A stretch of DNA of 64,000 nucleotides from Eledone cirrhosa (taxonomy: Eukaryota), in NCBI GenBank assembly GCA_964016885.1, contig OZ024748.1, positions 4,774,001 to 4,838,000 on the forward strand. The letters run 5' to 3'. Under the pieces are notes generated by a model that ran no database searches, was not told where the DNA came from, and worked only from the letters and a program-made list of their open reading frames with translations. Position numbers and translations under genes: made by a program. Of the stretch, positions 27,227-41,520 are shown piece by piece (within the stretch, counting starts at the first letter, position 1; every line of letters begins with the position of its first letter).

Positions 27227-29587
27227 TTATACTTCTCTTAGATCAGTGTTGTTTGTTTGGGTGTTGTTGTTATTCCATTCATTCTTTCTGTTTAGCCTTG
27301 GCCTTCTAAGTTCTATTTCACTGGCCTCTCTGATTTGCCTATCTGCTGGGTCATTTCTATGTTTAGATATTATTCTAATTTCTATGTTGTATATGTTACC
27401 GTCGTGTTGTTGTCTGGCATATTCGTATAGTACTGAACCGTTTTTTCGTCCTTTTAGTTCCCCCCAGTGTTGGTCTATCCTTTCACCTATGCTACGAGCT
27501 GTCTCGCCTATGTATGTTGTTGTCATGTTTCTGCAAGTACCCTCAGTACATCTTATGCTATAGACTACGTTTCTAGTTTTACAGTTTATCCGGGGGTTTA
27601 CCTTACATATGATACATTTCCTATTAGTACAGTGGGTTTTCTTAAAAGGGTAGGTTTTGCTGATCAGGGATTTTATGGTGGTTCCTGGCTTTTCTATCAC
27701 CTTAATCTTTAAGTGGGTCTTTCTCAGGGCCTTTCTACACTGGTTAGCTAATTTCCCTCCAGGGGTAGCTTCCACAAACATGACACTATGGTATCTCTGG
27801 TTGTCATACCATGAGGTGGCTTTCCCTATCTTATGTCTATCCCTATCTAAGCAATTCCATGATTTGCTCCTGTATAATGGGCAAATTCCTTTCATGTCCA
27901 GTTCTATGAGGGTCTTATACTTCTCCATGGCTCCTTCGTATACTCTGACTCTGTCTCTTTGGTTGTAGCCAGAGAACTACATGCGGTTGATGAAGTGTTG
28001 GATGTGTCTTTCCATTTCTGTTGGGTCGCACATGCGGGACACATTCTTCATCACTCGTACCGAATCTGCGATCAGAATATTAAACTTAGCACTACTGGAC
28101 ATTGCTGAGTTTTTGAGTATCAGGTATTTGGAGGCCATGGGTTTAGCATAGTGTGAGTGGAGAATTTGGGCTCTCTCGTCTATAGTGTTAATCCAGAGTT
28201 CCGTGTCTAATACAGGTAGTCTATTGTTAGGGTGTTTGGAAGGGAAGTCGATAGTTACAGTTATATTCTGGTGTATGGAATTAGCTATCTGCTGGATGCT
28301 TTCCATTGTGCTACGCTCTAAATCAAACTTCTTAGTGCTCTCTAGTGGGGATGTTCTTATAACTATATTGATATCGTCTACGTAACGAGAGTACATGATG
28401 AAGTCTATGGAGCTCTCATTAAGAAGATCTTTAATTCTCCTTTCCCACCATGCCATAAAAAGGTTGGCAACATCACCAGCTATGCTGACGCCAATGGCTG
28501 CTCCCTCATTTTGGGTGTAGATCTTCTCGTTGAACTTGAATATGTGGTCCTTTAGGGTAGTTTTGATACTAGCCCCTATTGCATGTGCGACCATTTTTCT
28601 TACCTGATCATTGTTTTGGAGGGTCCGTATAGCTTTGGTCCACCCAATCCACCTTCCCATGGGAGTCTTTTTAGCCATTATGGTGGGAGGTCTACCTCTT
28701 ATGGGTCTACTGGGGCAGAAACGTCTAAGGTCATGGCTGTCTAGGTAGTCAGTGTCGTAGGTAAGTCTAAGTAGGAGGCCCAGTTCGTCTGTGTCGACGT
28801 CGCAGAGCTCCACCTCACTCTCAATGATCATCTCCACACATTTTTCCACAGCAAAATCAATGTTAATGGATGGGTACAGTGATACCACATCCATGCTACC
28901 TATAATGCAGTTGGATAGGTTCCTGTTTTTGTTGCACTCACTGATTCTGCTGAGGAGGTCCTCTGTACTGTCACATACATCTGGGGACATCTTGATTATG
29001 GGGCGTATAACCATTGAGAGGAAGTAGGAGATCCTGTAGTTGCTAGCTATATTTGCTCCGCATACGGGTCTTGTTGGGGGTCCTGTTGTCGGGTCGTCGA
29101 CTGTCTTGTGGTCTTTGCGGAGCCCATACAAGGGTGGTATGCCATTGTTAGACGCCTGGAAGTTGTTGGCAGTGCGTCTGCTTGGCTTTAGGATGTCGGT
29201 CCACATCATCATGTGAGCGTTGAGGATTTTCTCTCTCCCATCATGTGTTTGCTGAGCAATTTCGCTCGTGTTGGTGATGTGGGGTTGCATAGCCTTGATG
29301 TAGTTCGGCATGCTATCTATTGACATCCCACCAGACTTATCCGTGGGTAGACATACTACCTCACCATCCCTTGTGCGCTGCTTGAGGCTAACGAAGCCTT
29401 CTACAGGTTTCCTCCCAAGTTGTTGGACCTCTGGTCTGCTCTGTCTCTTAGTATACCGGTCTACTATTTGTCTAATCTTATTTCTAGCTATGGTGAACTG
29501 TGCCTCTGTCTCGTCATCTATTTGTTGTGGTATGCAAACTCTTTTATTAAAGGGTAACCTCGTAGGATAGGTATTACCCATCTTATA
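27227..29587 (-). pseudogene. PLE polyprotein (reverse transcriptase + Cys linker + GIY-YIG endonuclease), interrupted by one in-frame TAG at 27977-27979 and lacking its N-terminus
   Basis: RT motifs PLYGLRKDHK..GPPTRPVC, IIGSMDVVSLYPSI, QNEGAAIGVSIAG, YSRYVDD. Linker CTNRKCIIC. EN motifs NVVYSIRC..YIGETARSIGER..H, RQIREA..LN. ORFs 27977-29623 and 27227-27928 are in the same frame (RM*FSGYNQRDRVRVYEGAMEKY). Confidence 0.92.
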
Positions 29588-29916
29588 TGAGGGTACTTGC
29601 AGAAACATGACAACAACATACAAACAAACAACACTGACCTAAGAGAAGTATAAATAAATAAATAGATAAATAAATAAATAAATAAATACATACACAAGCA
29701 CAATAACAACAAACACATATAAACACACACTAGTAAAGATAGAATACATTAACCAATACACAGTCACCCAATCACGAACACACATCAAACAAAACACTTT
29801 ACACACACGCAAACGCATGCGCAAAGAAGACAAAATAAAATAAACAAATAAATAAATATATAAACAGACTAAATAAAGATGGCGTAGAAAATACAATGCA
29901 ACGGGAGGAAACAATA

Positions 29917-29960
29917 GCACCACTGACAATGTTGCAGATGTGCAACGAAAGAACTTTGAT
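29917..29960 (+). ncRNA. Hammerhead motif in the inverted pseudo-LTR arm, G8A core mutation (CTGACAA), probably inactive
   Basis: Matches the 26921-26964 motif except CTGACGA>CTGACAA. Confidence 0.65.
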
Positions 29961-30270
29961 AAATTATATATATGTGTTTGTGTCTATATTGTATCTGTAT
30001 TATTTTTGACCGTTGGTCAGTCAATGGCAACATGGAGGACCGAATAAATTAGATTACCGATATAAAAGACACAGAAGCGAAAAGCGAAAACCAACCAAAC
30101 AGTGAGTGTGTTCTGTTATTAATTCTGGCAATATTACACAAATATGACCCTCCCCAAGTATAACAATATATATATATATATACCCCCTCAAACACACCCA
30201 CAAACACTGAAATACCCTGTATATATAGAGTATATAATGTTTCCTTACATATATGTTGTAGATATGTTGA

Positions 30271-30425
30271 ATTTATGCGGCCTTCTGCTTTCATAAGGAT
30301 CTGTACTGCCTTCTGCTTTCATGAGAATCTATACGGCCTTCTGATTTCATAAGGAGGTATGGGTCCTTGGGCTTTCATAAAAGTTTATGCGACTTTCTGC
30401 TTCCATAAGAATCTATGCAGATTCC
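30271..30425. repeat. Degenerate ~28-bp tandem repeat, ~5 copies
   Basis: Recurrent ATCTATGCGGCCTTCTGCTTTCATAAG-like unit. Confidence 0.75.
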
Positions 30426-30469
30426 TACTTATGCGAGAATGAGTTGGATTATGTTATAAGCGTGAAAAA

Positions 30470-31115
30470 ATCGTTAGAGCGTCGCATCAAATGTGCGGCC
30501 GTATTGGTTTCTGCTCTTAAACGTTCTGAATTCATATGGAGGTGAGGTCAACCTTGCCTTTCATCTTTCCCCAGTCGATAAAGTGAAGTACCAGTCAAGT
30601 ATTGGGTCGAGTGTACTAATCCCTTCCCTCAAATTACTGTTTTTGTACCTAAATTAGAACCAATTATAAGGTCGTATGCGGCAATAGATTTTATGATGGC
30701 CCATTCCGTCACATGCCTGCGTGAAAAACACTATGTTAAAATTATAAGTCTATTAAAAGGTCCTATTTTTCTTTGTAAAAACGTTAGAAGAATTCAGTAA
30801 ATTATGATGCGAAAAGCGGCCTTGTTCTGAGTTACTTTTTCCTTCCATCCTTAGCAGGTCGATACAATTATGCACCAGTAATGCACTGGCGTCATTTTAA
30901 TCGATTTTCCCCACTCTCAAAATTGCTGGTCTTGTGCCTATAGTAGAAATCCGTATATTATAAGATGCTACTCGATTTAGGAGGCGGCGAATTGGCAGAT
31001 AGAATACTTTATGGTATTCCAGCTCTCTGCCCTCTGAGGTCAAATCCCACCGAGGTCAACTTTGCCTTTTATCCTTTCGAGGTCGAAAAAAAAAGTACCA
31101 ATCAAGTACTGGGTA
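30470..31115 (+). mobile_element. Cluster of three older, diverged SINE copies
   Basis: GCCTTTCATC..GTCGATA..GTACCAG cores near 30555, 30840 and 31060. Confidence 0.7.
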
Positions 31116-31781
31116 GATTCTTCCTCTATATCTCTCTCATTTTATCTCTCTCAGAAATCTGCTGTACTCAGGCCAGGAGAGGGATAGGCTCCGCCAGGCT
31201 TAAAATGTCCAAGAAACGCCGTATATCCATACAGCGCCCCCTACGACTCTATCAGGAGTTACGGGACAATACCATACCATACTCGACGTAGTATCTACGG
31301 TAGAAACTTTCTTGTACGTATGTTAGAACACTTTAGTGTATTATAAGGCGCTAGGCGGCCCTCGGCTTATGTTAGAAGTCAATATATTGTTAATGTGCGA
31401 TGCTGCAGCCGTATGGTGTGTTGCGAGACATACGCCAATAGATTTATAATGCCCTACGGTCTGACAGGCAATTCTACTTCCTGTTTAAAGCGTTCACAGA
31501 TTCTGCCAACCCACTGCTAAATATATATTAATCATTGAAATGGGATAGCTGCAGAGAGAAAGAAAAAGAGAAAGATATATATATATATATATATATATAT
31601 ATTTCTGGTCTCTCTCTCTCTCTCTCTCTCTCTGACTTTACACACACACACACACACATATATATAGAGAGAGATAGATAGATAGATAGATAGATAGATA
31701 CATAGATAGATAGATACATAGATAGATAGACATATTGAGAGACAAACAGACAGGCATATATGTTATATATATATATATAAC

Positions 31782-31879
<98 letters not shown>

Positions 31880-31895
31880 GGAGAGAGAGAGAGTC

Positions 31896-31959
<64 letters not shown>

Positions 31960-32551
31960 GAAAGCTGAAGGAAGTGTTATATGGTTGCCCGTCTATACGT
32001 TAAAAGCATTTATAAATTTCCATTACAGACATTTCTCTAGGAACGTTGTATTATATTTATTGATTTATATCGATGTTTAATTATGTGTTTTTTCTATTTG
32101 TTTTTTTTTCTATTAAAAAATCATCGTTTTTGTTGTTGTTGTTGTCGTTGTTGTACAGGTTCATGTGTGTATGATGCGTGTCTAGTTGTATGTGTGTGGT
32201 GTGTCTGAATGTATATGTCAGTGTACACACGTGTGTGTAGTATGTGTATGCGTGTGTGGTATATGCATATGTATGTGGTATATGTATATATATATAAATA
32301 TATGTATATGTATGTGGTATATATATAAATATATGCATATGCATATGTATGTGGTGTATATATATATATATATATATATACATATGTATGTGGTGTATGT
32401 ATATATATATGCATATATATGTGGTATATGTATATATATATATGTATATGTATGTGGTATATATATATATATATATATGCATATGTATGTGATATATATA
32501 TATATATGTGGTGTATGTATATATATGCATATATGTATATGTATAATATGT

Positions 32552-32585
<34 letters not shown>

Positions 32586-32596
32586 TATGTATCTGG

Positions 32597-32659
<63 letters not shown>

Positions 32660-32777
32660 GGTATATGTATATATATATATGAATATGTATGTGGTATATA
32701 TATACATATGTATGTGGTATATGTATATATATATACATATGTATGTGGTATATGTATATATATATACATATGTATGT

Positions 32778-32818
<41 letters not shown>

Positions 32819-32848
32819 ATTATGTAATAAACAACATAAGGCAATTAT

Positions 32849-32906
32849 TCCATTTACCAGTGGTTTCTTAAAAGCAAAAGGTTTTGCTTTCAATCCTCAG
32901 AATGAA
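32849..32906 (-). ncRNA. Hammerhead ribozyme (family F), canonical core
   Basis: Minus strand reads TTCATT-CTGAGGA-TTGAAAGCAAAA-cc-TTTTGCTTTTAA-GAAA-CC-act-GG-TA-AATGGA: all three stems pair, GUA site. The ~135-bp insert lies between TA arrays; a related 3' half is at 33530-33580. Confidence 0.8.
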
Positions 32907-32945
32907 AAATCCTGGTTTGTTTATTGAATATGGATTCTAAAAACC

Positions 32946-32994
<49 letters not shown>

Positions 32995-33034
32995 TTGTAT
33001 GTGGTATATGTATATATATATGTATATGTATGTG

Positions 33035-33079
<45 letters not shown>

Positions 33080-33208
33080 CATATGTATGTATATGGGTGT
33101 ATGGGTGTAGTGTTTGTATGTGTAGGGTGGTGTGTGTATGTACGTGTGTTTATCTATATTTCTGTGTATGTGTATCCAATTGCCTTTTACCATTTACTGT
33201 TTTCTGCA

Positions 33209-33304
<96 letters not shown>

Positions 33305-33595
33305 AATCGATATTTTGGTATTGATCTGAAAGTTAAAGATGAAATGGAAGATTTGCCAGAATGTGTTCGAGAACCTTTGTAAAATATAATTTTCTTTTGA
33401 CATTTAAAATTATATTCTGCAATCCGATGATTTTAAATGTATCTCTTAGTATATATATATGAAGTATTTCCGTAGGAAGGGTAAGGAAAGGAGCGATTTC
33501 AGACGTCTCTGTTGAACTCGTCTGTCTTCGTGAAACCTTTGGTAAATGGAATAATTGTCTTATGATGTTTATTACATAATTAAATATATATATAT

Positions 33596-33599
<4 letters not shown>

Positions 33600-33634
<35 letters not shown>

Positions 33635-34390
33635 TTGAAGACTAAAATCCAAAGATCTTTCTCTCCCTTATTATGAAGCATTTTCCCCCTACACATAAAT
33701 ATACTAAAATTTTTAATAGAAATACTATTAAAATTTCTTATTCTACGACTCCTAACCTTGCACATAACATCACAGCTTCAAATTTAGCTAAACTACCTAG
33801 CCGTAGGAACACGTGCAACCCTGTAGTTAGTACTAACTGTAATTGTAGGAATCGGTTTGACTGCCCCCTATCTGGGAAATGCCTCTCTAGTAACATTATC
33901 TACAAATGTAAGGTTGAAACACCCACGTCCCGTAGGGCCTACATAGGGTTAACCGCCAATAGATTCAAGCAGCGTCTTTACATGCATACCCATTCTTTTC
34001 GTTACCCTTTAAGAAGGAATATGACGTCACTTTCAACATATATCTGGAGTCTTAAAGACAACCACACCCAATATAAGTTACACTGGGAGATCCTAGCTAG
34101 GGCTAGATCGTATAACGGAAATAAAAGACCAATTGACCTCTGCGCCGCTGAGGCCCTGGAAATACTCTACGGCAAAGACCACATCTTAAACAAAAAATCT
34201 GAGGCAATTTCGGCTTGTAAACATAAATTGCACAAACCTTTCCTGTATTAAAGCCCCACATTATACCCTAACGGATAGTACGAACTATACGCGGATATTT
34301 TACGTCTTGATGTGGTAGCTAAGTATATGTTATGTTTATACCATTACTTATTTGTATAGGTAAGTATATATTACCTGTATGTTTTTTTAA
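33600..34390 (+). mobile_element. 5'-truncated PLE encoding a GIY-YIG endonuclease (CxCx5C linker; Hydra-clade-like), ORF 33673-34251
   Basis: KHFP..KIFNRNTIKISYS, CNCRNRFDCPLSGKC, NIIYKC..YIGLT..FKQR..H, LC..E..LNKKSE. Preceded by an inverted family G terminus (33600-33655) and flanked by (TA)n. Confidence 0.85.
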
Positions 34391-34406
34391 TATATATATA
34401 TATATA

Positions 34407-34885
<479 letters not shown>

Positions 34886-35204
34886 ATATGTAATGTAAAC
34901 CTGTGTGTAGTGACTAACGCTAAAAGTACGAATCAACGAACGAAAGTTTATCGCATCTCTTCCCATATTTTTCCACTCTGCAGAATCCCCAGGCCTATGC
35001 CGCCTCATAGTTCTAGTGGTCAGAACTGAAATACCTTTATCTCAGATTTGAGGGATTTATTATTTATAGTAGTATACACAACGCATTTCTAAAGCTATTA
35101 TTTATAGCGATCGACTCTTCTTGCAGTTATTTCCTTCGTTGGATTCCCACATTTTCAAATCTAATATAAACATTTGAATTGACAAATCCATTTTTAGATA
35201 TTTT

Positions 35205-35440
35205 CTGCGACTTCTGGTGCCTTGGGCCCTAGGGCTACCTCCCTATTCACCACCATAGGCGCTGAGCTGGCCAGCCGCATGTGTGAGCTTCGCGAGTTGG
35301 AATGGCTCTTCCAGCGCATCTCCCTTACCATCCTCCGGGGATACGCCTTCTCCATCCTTCTCAGCCAGCACGTGGGACCCCATTTGCTCACCATACGGAT
35401 TAATAGGCAAATTTATAAACTATTGTAAATAAAATAAATT
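35205..35440 (+). mobile_element. 3' end of a CRE-like (RLE-type) non-LTR retrotransposon
   Basis: TSGALGPRATSLFTTIGAELASRMCELRELEWLFQRISLTILRGYAFSIL resembles the typical ..QRLS.A.QRGNA.SIL C-terminus. A related fragment lies at ~15735-15782. Confidence 0.7.
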
Positions 35441-36121
35441 CATTACAGGATGTTAAATGTTAACAAAGGTTTCTTGCATAATATTATCCTTACGGGATCG
35501 ATAAAATAAAGTGCCAGCAATGCACTGGGGTCGATTTAATCGACTCTCCTTTCCCTTAAAATTGTTGGCCTTGTTCCTAATTCAGAAATCATTATGACGC
35601 TATTTTCTTTAGATAAACAGGAATATGTTAAAGGAAACAGTTGCCTGTTGTTAAAACGAGGGAAGTGTCAAGAAGTTTTTATATAAAAAAAGGTAAATAT
35701 TTTTCTATCATATTTCTAATAAAAGACACTGGCTATGATGTTCAAATACCTTCGAAAATAATCTAAAAGATTGGTAGGATTTATTAATATAATTAACGTT
35801 CTCATTATTAAGCTGGTGTCTGGAACTTGACAAATATACTCAAATATAAGTATGATGGAAGACTTTTAGTTAAATATAAAAACACTTTAAAACAAATAGT
35901 TTTGTATCATAGAACAATGGCTGGTTTCAGGCGGTTTCTTTCCAAGATGGCTGAGGTGTTCTTTGGAATGGAAAAATGCAAGAAACCGACCAACAAACAA
36001 ATAATTTCTTAATCCAGGTGGTATGATATATGACCAGAGAAATTTTACATGCTGCAAATATTTGAGTATAGATGAGATTATAAAGTCGCGCACTTGTGTT
36101 TGTGAAGGAAATATGTATAAG

Positions 36122-36188
<67 letters not shown>

Positions 36189-36244
36189 GAGAGAGAGAAA
36201 GTCTTCTGGACGACAATGAAAAATGAATATTTTGACAAAGTCAA

Positions 36245-36297
<53 letters not shown>

Positions 36298-37667
36298 CAT
36301 GCATACATGTGTGTGTGATGTATCTCATTAGCAAGAGCACTCTCAGTACTATCATTATATTCGAAGTGCCAGCTACAACATATGGATCTTTGGTGATAAC
36401 ACTGGAACATGACAGAACCAAATTGAGGAGACAGTAAAAATTAAATCCCACCTGAAGCTACACCATAAATCTTAAACCCAACGAAGAGAGAGGAACAGAG
36501 AGAAATATTAAAGTATTTATTCTAATATTGCTAATTTTTTGTAAGTTATCCACTGGTAAAGATATTATCAATATTTTAGTTAACATAGCACATGGAACTG
36601 AATTTGAAAGACATTCCTGCAAATTCTAAAATAACATCACGTTGAAAATGGAAGTCTACTCTAAAACTATAATGATTTATTCCCCTGTAAATTATTGATA
36701 ATTGTTTAATAACACTCAATACGAGTTCAATACACGACAGTTTAAATTAACAAGCCACATGAAAACTCGTTATCAATAAATACTTGGAAAATTCAAATTC
36801 TGTCTTTACTCTAACACGACAAGACATCACAACGATCTGTCCACTTGTAAATATATTATACACATTTGATCAACAAGTCTGTTTTTATATATTTTCTAAC
36901 TCATTAGAGAATGATAAGAATTTAGACCCAGGGAGCAATATATATCAAGAGAGAACAGTGTTGTAGAGTGGGCTATAAAGAATCAGAGAACAAAATATGT
37001 AAGCAGGAACCCTTAACGACTGATAGATTCGTAGGGGTAACTTAATGACATATAGCGTGTCGAGAGCTATATTTAGATCTAGGGGACCTCATCAACTTTT
37101 CTGGCCTGAAAACAGCCTGTTTCTTCCATACAAGAAAACAGAATAAGAAAAAGATATAGAGGAAGATTCGACGACAGTAGTAAACTGGTAGTTTTGTTAT
37201 CGACCTTGAAAGAATGAAAGGTAAAGTTCATCTCGGTGAGTTTTGAACACAAATCTCAGAGAACCGAAACAACATACGGTAAAGCATTGAATCCGAAGTT
37301 CAACTCCTAAACCTACTATCTGCCCAACTTTACTGTGGTTTTAAGACAGAAAAAAAAATAGTTCCGAAATCGATTATAAACTTTTGTATATTTTCAGTAT
37401 TATTTTGGTCTTCGATTTCAAAGAAAGCCACCGATATTTTTTTGCAATCAGTCAATGTCCCGCCACATCACACCCACCACACCTGTTGCAAATGATTGAC
37501 ATTATCATATGTGAAAATGTGGTTCAATGTAGCGAAAATGTCAGGAGTGACTGACTCTACACCCAGCGTGTGCTTGAAGATCTAACAACGACAGTTTGGA
37601 TAGGGCACTCGACCTTGGTGATCAGGGTGATTGTGGAGCTGTGAGTTTCCTCAATTAGCCGTAGGTA

Positions 37668-37749
<82 letters not shown>

Positions 37750-37797
37750 AGATTATATGAATGCTTTATATAATTGCATATATGCATAACTAATTTG

Positions 37798-38030
37798 TAT
37801 TGTTATACTTTGGGATGGTCATGTTGCCAATAAAAACACGCGCACCTGTTGGTTTTCACTCCAATTTATTACAAATGTGCATGTGGTTGGTTCAATAACC
37901 GGATGATTGTTATATTTATTGCCAAAGTCCTTTCGTCACTTTCTGTGACCTTCTCAGTGACTGATTTGTTATTTTGTGTCTCACCTTTGCTCTGTCCTAC
38001 ACCAACTTGGTTCCGTGTGTTGTATAATAA
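37798..38030 (-). mobile_element. PLE 3' end fragment (family N) with hammerhead motif at 37921-37961 (CTGAGAA, G8A)
   Basis: Reverse complement aligns to 220-428. Minus strand reads GTCA-CTGAGAA-G-GTCAC-agaaa-GTGAC-GAAA-GGAC-TT-TGGC. Confidence 0.75.
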
Positions 38031-38493
38031 TAATAATTATTATGTTCAATATTTCTTCAGTTACTTACTAGTTTGGCAGGAATGTAGGGTTAAAGCATCC
38101 TAAATTTACTTTACGATATACGATTCGATTCTTTACGTTCTCAGTTCAAATTCCACTGAGGTTAACTTTCCAATTTTCCTTTCATAGTTCTGAAGTTTAA
38201 AAAAAAAGAAAGATACCGGCGAAATACCATTAATGATATAAACGAATGTTTCCTTATATCACTCGATAAAAATGTTCTCTCCACACATCTAACACTAACA
38301 CACACAACAAAGAAAAAAAAAACAACAACTGAAAACATGGCGACAAAACATCGAGTTTATATAACCGCCATCTTGAATTGTACAACGGAGAGAAGACAAA
38401 ATAGAAACTTCGGTCTTTAAGGAAGATACATCATGAAATAGAAGTGAATAATGAAAAAGAAATTATTAAAGCTTTATCGATACACACACTCAA

Positions 38494-38636
<143 letters not shown>

Positions 38637-38662
38637 CATATATATATATACATATATATATA

Positions 38663-38755
<93 letters not shown>

Positions 38756-38844
38756 ATATATATACACATATATATATATATGTGCATCTATATATGTGTT
38801 TATGCGTGTTTATAGATGGTATACATGAAAACCTGCACACTCTT

Positions 38845-38918
<74 letters not shown>

Positions 38919-38923
38919 GTGTA

Positions 38924-38997
<74 letters not shown>

Positions 38998-39123
38998 AAA
39001 CATCTCGTCCATAATAATCTGTCTGTCCGTATGTCCCAATCTGTCTCTCTGTGTTAATTTTTCTTCTTTGCTCCATGATTTATTGCTGCAACAGCTCCAA
39101 GCTCAAAACAAATCTAACATTCT

Positions 39124-39174
<51 letters not shown>

Positions 39175-40109
39175 CCCGTTTATATGAGTGCATATATATA
39201 AAATATATGCACATATACATACATATATACATATATACACATACAATACACACACACACATACATGCATATATATATACACACGCATACATATACACATA
39301 CATATATACACACATGTACACATATACATACATACATACATATATATATATAGATATATATATATATATAGAGAGAGAGAGGGGGGGGTGAGAGATAGAA
39401 AGAGAAAGAGAGAGATATAGATCGAGAGGGAGAGAGAGAGAGAGAGAGAGAGAGAAAGGGAAAGAGAGAGATATAGAGAGAGGGGGAGAGAGAGGGGGAG
39501 AGAGACCCAGAGACACAGAAAGATTTATCACCTTATGATATATCAAGGTGTTTTAGGGTGCTTCATATTCCCAAACCCCAAACTTGCCCCTGTCTGTTTT
39601 TCTCCCCCTCCTCTATATATTATATATTTCCCGTCCTGTCTCATGTCTTCCCTATATCTTAATATCACCAATTCCCTTATACATCTCTGTCTGTGCCCTA
39701 TTTGCCTATCTTTCTCTCGCTGTCTGCCCCTCTCCCCCTCTCTCTCTCTCGCTATAATATAGCATATATATGCACATAAAATATATTTGTGTGCATACGT
39801 ATGTATATGAATATTGAGGAATATGCATATATATAAACATACACACACACACACATATGTATATATATATATATAGTAATAATAGTAATAATAATAAATT
39901 TGAAGACTAAAATCCAAAGAGGGCTCGATAAGGATAAATATATATCAAATATATAAGAACCGTAGAGCAAATATTTATTAAAATAACAGATTAATGTTTA
40001 AGCAAAGAATCGCTGCTTTCACCCTTAACGGGATCTTGAATTTCAGAAGGATACCGTTAAGAGTCTAAGAGTCAAAGAAGCGATTCTTTGCTTAGACTTT
40101 AATCTGTTA

Positions 40110-40231
<122 letters not shown>

Positions 40232-40612
40232 AACAGGTGTATGTGTGTGAACGTATATATTTCTTTATTTAGCTTGTATCTCACAACAAACATTAACAAA
40301 GGAAACGCCGCTAGCTTTACCAGCAACAAGAACAATTATTACAGCAACCAACACCACCAACACCACCACCACCACAAATATAAGTACAAACGTGTTCACC
40401 AACAATACCACCACTACCCCCTGAACCCCAACCAACACTAACACCATTAACCACCACACCAGCAACCACAAACACAACCACCTAACACAACATCTAGCAC
40501 AAATATCTCTATTACTGCGCTCATCATTACCTTCACCTCAAAGCAGTCATAATTCTGTAAATTGATAAAATAACGAAAGAATGTTGACACTAAAAGTTTG
40601 TCATTATATCGC

Positions 40613-40949
40613 TAGAGGGTCGGACGCCATGCTTTGACGCAGAGAGTTACGGCCCTTGCCATTCTGAGTTCAAATCTCGCCGAGGTTAACTTTGCCTTTC
40701 ATCCTTAAGATGTCGATAAAATAAAGTACCAGTAATACACTGAGATAATTGCTGGCCTTGTGCCAAAAGTAGAAACAATTATTTATTGGCAGTATCGGTA
40801 GAGGGTCGGATGCCATGCTTTGCAGCATAGAGTTACGGCCCTTTATGATCTGAGTTCAAATCCCGCCAAGGTTAACTCTGCCTTTCATCCTTACGGGGTC
40901 GATGCACTGGGTAATTGCTGACCTTGTGCCAAAAGTAGAAACAATTATT
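40613..40949 (+). mobile_element. Head-to-tail SINE dimer (major family)
   Basis: Two consecutive copies, 40613-40783 and 40785-40949; the second has an internal deletion. Confidence 0.88.
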
Positions 40950-41107
40950 TAAATGTCATCTGTCCCAAAATACAGAGCAGCTGGCCAATAGGTGCAGCTT
41001 TTATATAAATCAATATTTCCGGATTGTCACCAGAAACTTTACTTTAATTTTAAAAAATGTTTACACGTATGTATGTGTGCATACACTGACACTCACACAC
41101 AGAGAGT

Positions 41108-41150
<43 letters not shown>

Positions 41151-41328
41151 AGATCAGGACAGAACCAGTTTAAAATTAGTTTAGAAAAGGTTTGAGCTGC
41201 GGTCGATTATCACACATGGAGGTGAATTGCCCCACCCCGTATTTTTCTTTTTTTTCTTTCCTTTATTATTTTGTTCAATGAATTTATATTATTGTGTTGC
41301 TATACACAGTTTAAACATTATATTTGTA

Positions 41329-41520
41329 GAGCGGTGGATTGGCAGTATCGGTAGAGATTCGGACGCCATGCTTTCCAGCTTAGTTACGTCCCTTTACGGT
41401 CTGAGTTTAAATCCCGTTGAGGTTAACTTTGCCTTTCATCCTTACGGGGTCGATAAAATAAAGTACCAGTAATGTACTGACTGATTAATTGCGGGCCTTG
41501 TGCCAAAAGTAGAAACAATT
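41329..41520 (+). mobile_element. Full-length SINE with 12-bp TSD
   Basis: TSD ATTATATTTGTA at 41317-41328 and 41518-41529. Confidence 0.88.

Larger units (their letters stand above)
26718..30166 (-). mobile_element. Penelope-like retroelement (C-terminal GIY-YIG type; tentatively Nematis/Neptune-like), 5'-truncated, with inverted pseudo-LTR arms, inserted in (TA)n
   Basis: RT and GIY-YIG ORFs on the minus strand. 26718-27259 is the reverse complement of 29621-30166 (about a dozen differences by eye). Both arms end in ...GACCCTCCCCAAGTATAACAA-(TA)n, and each arm holds an HHR motif. Confidence 0.93.

Noticed and set aside
27150-29570. Plus-strand ORFs overlapping the PLE
   Set aside because: They are antisense shadows of the RT/EN frame with no independent motifs.
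26718-30166. Long terminal inverted repeats as a DNA transposon
   Set aside because: The internal ORF is RT + GIY-YIG, and the arm is a copy of the element's own 3' end, as in PLE inverted pseudo-LTRs.
31231-31246. CTCF-like motif CAGCGCCCCCTAC
   Set aside because: A single short match inside a probable old repeat (related to ~52485-52550) is not supportable as a functional site.
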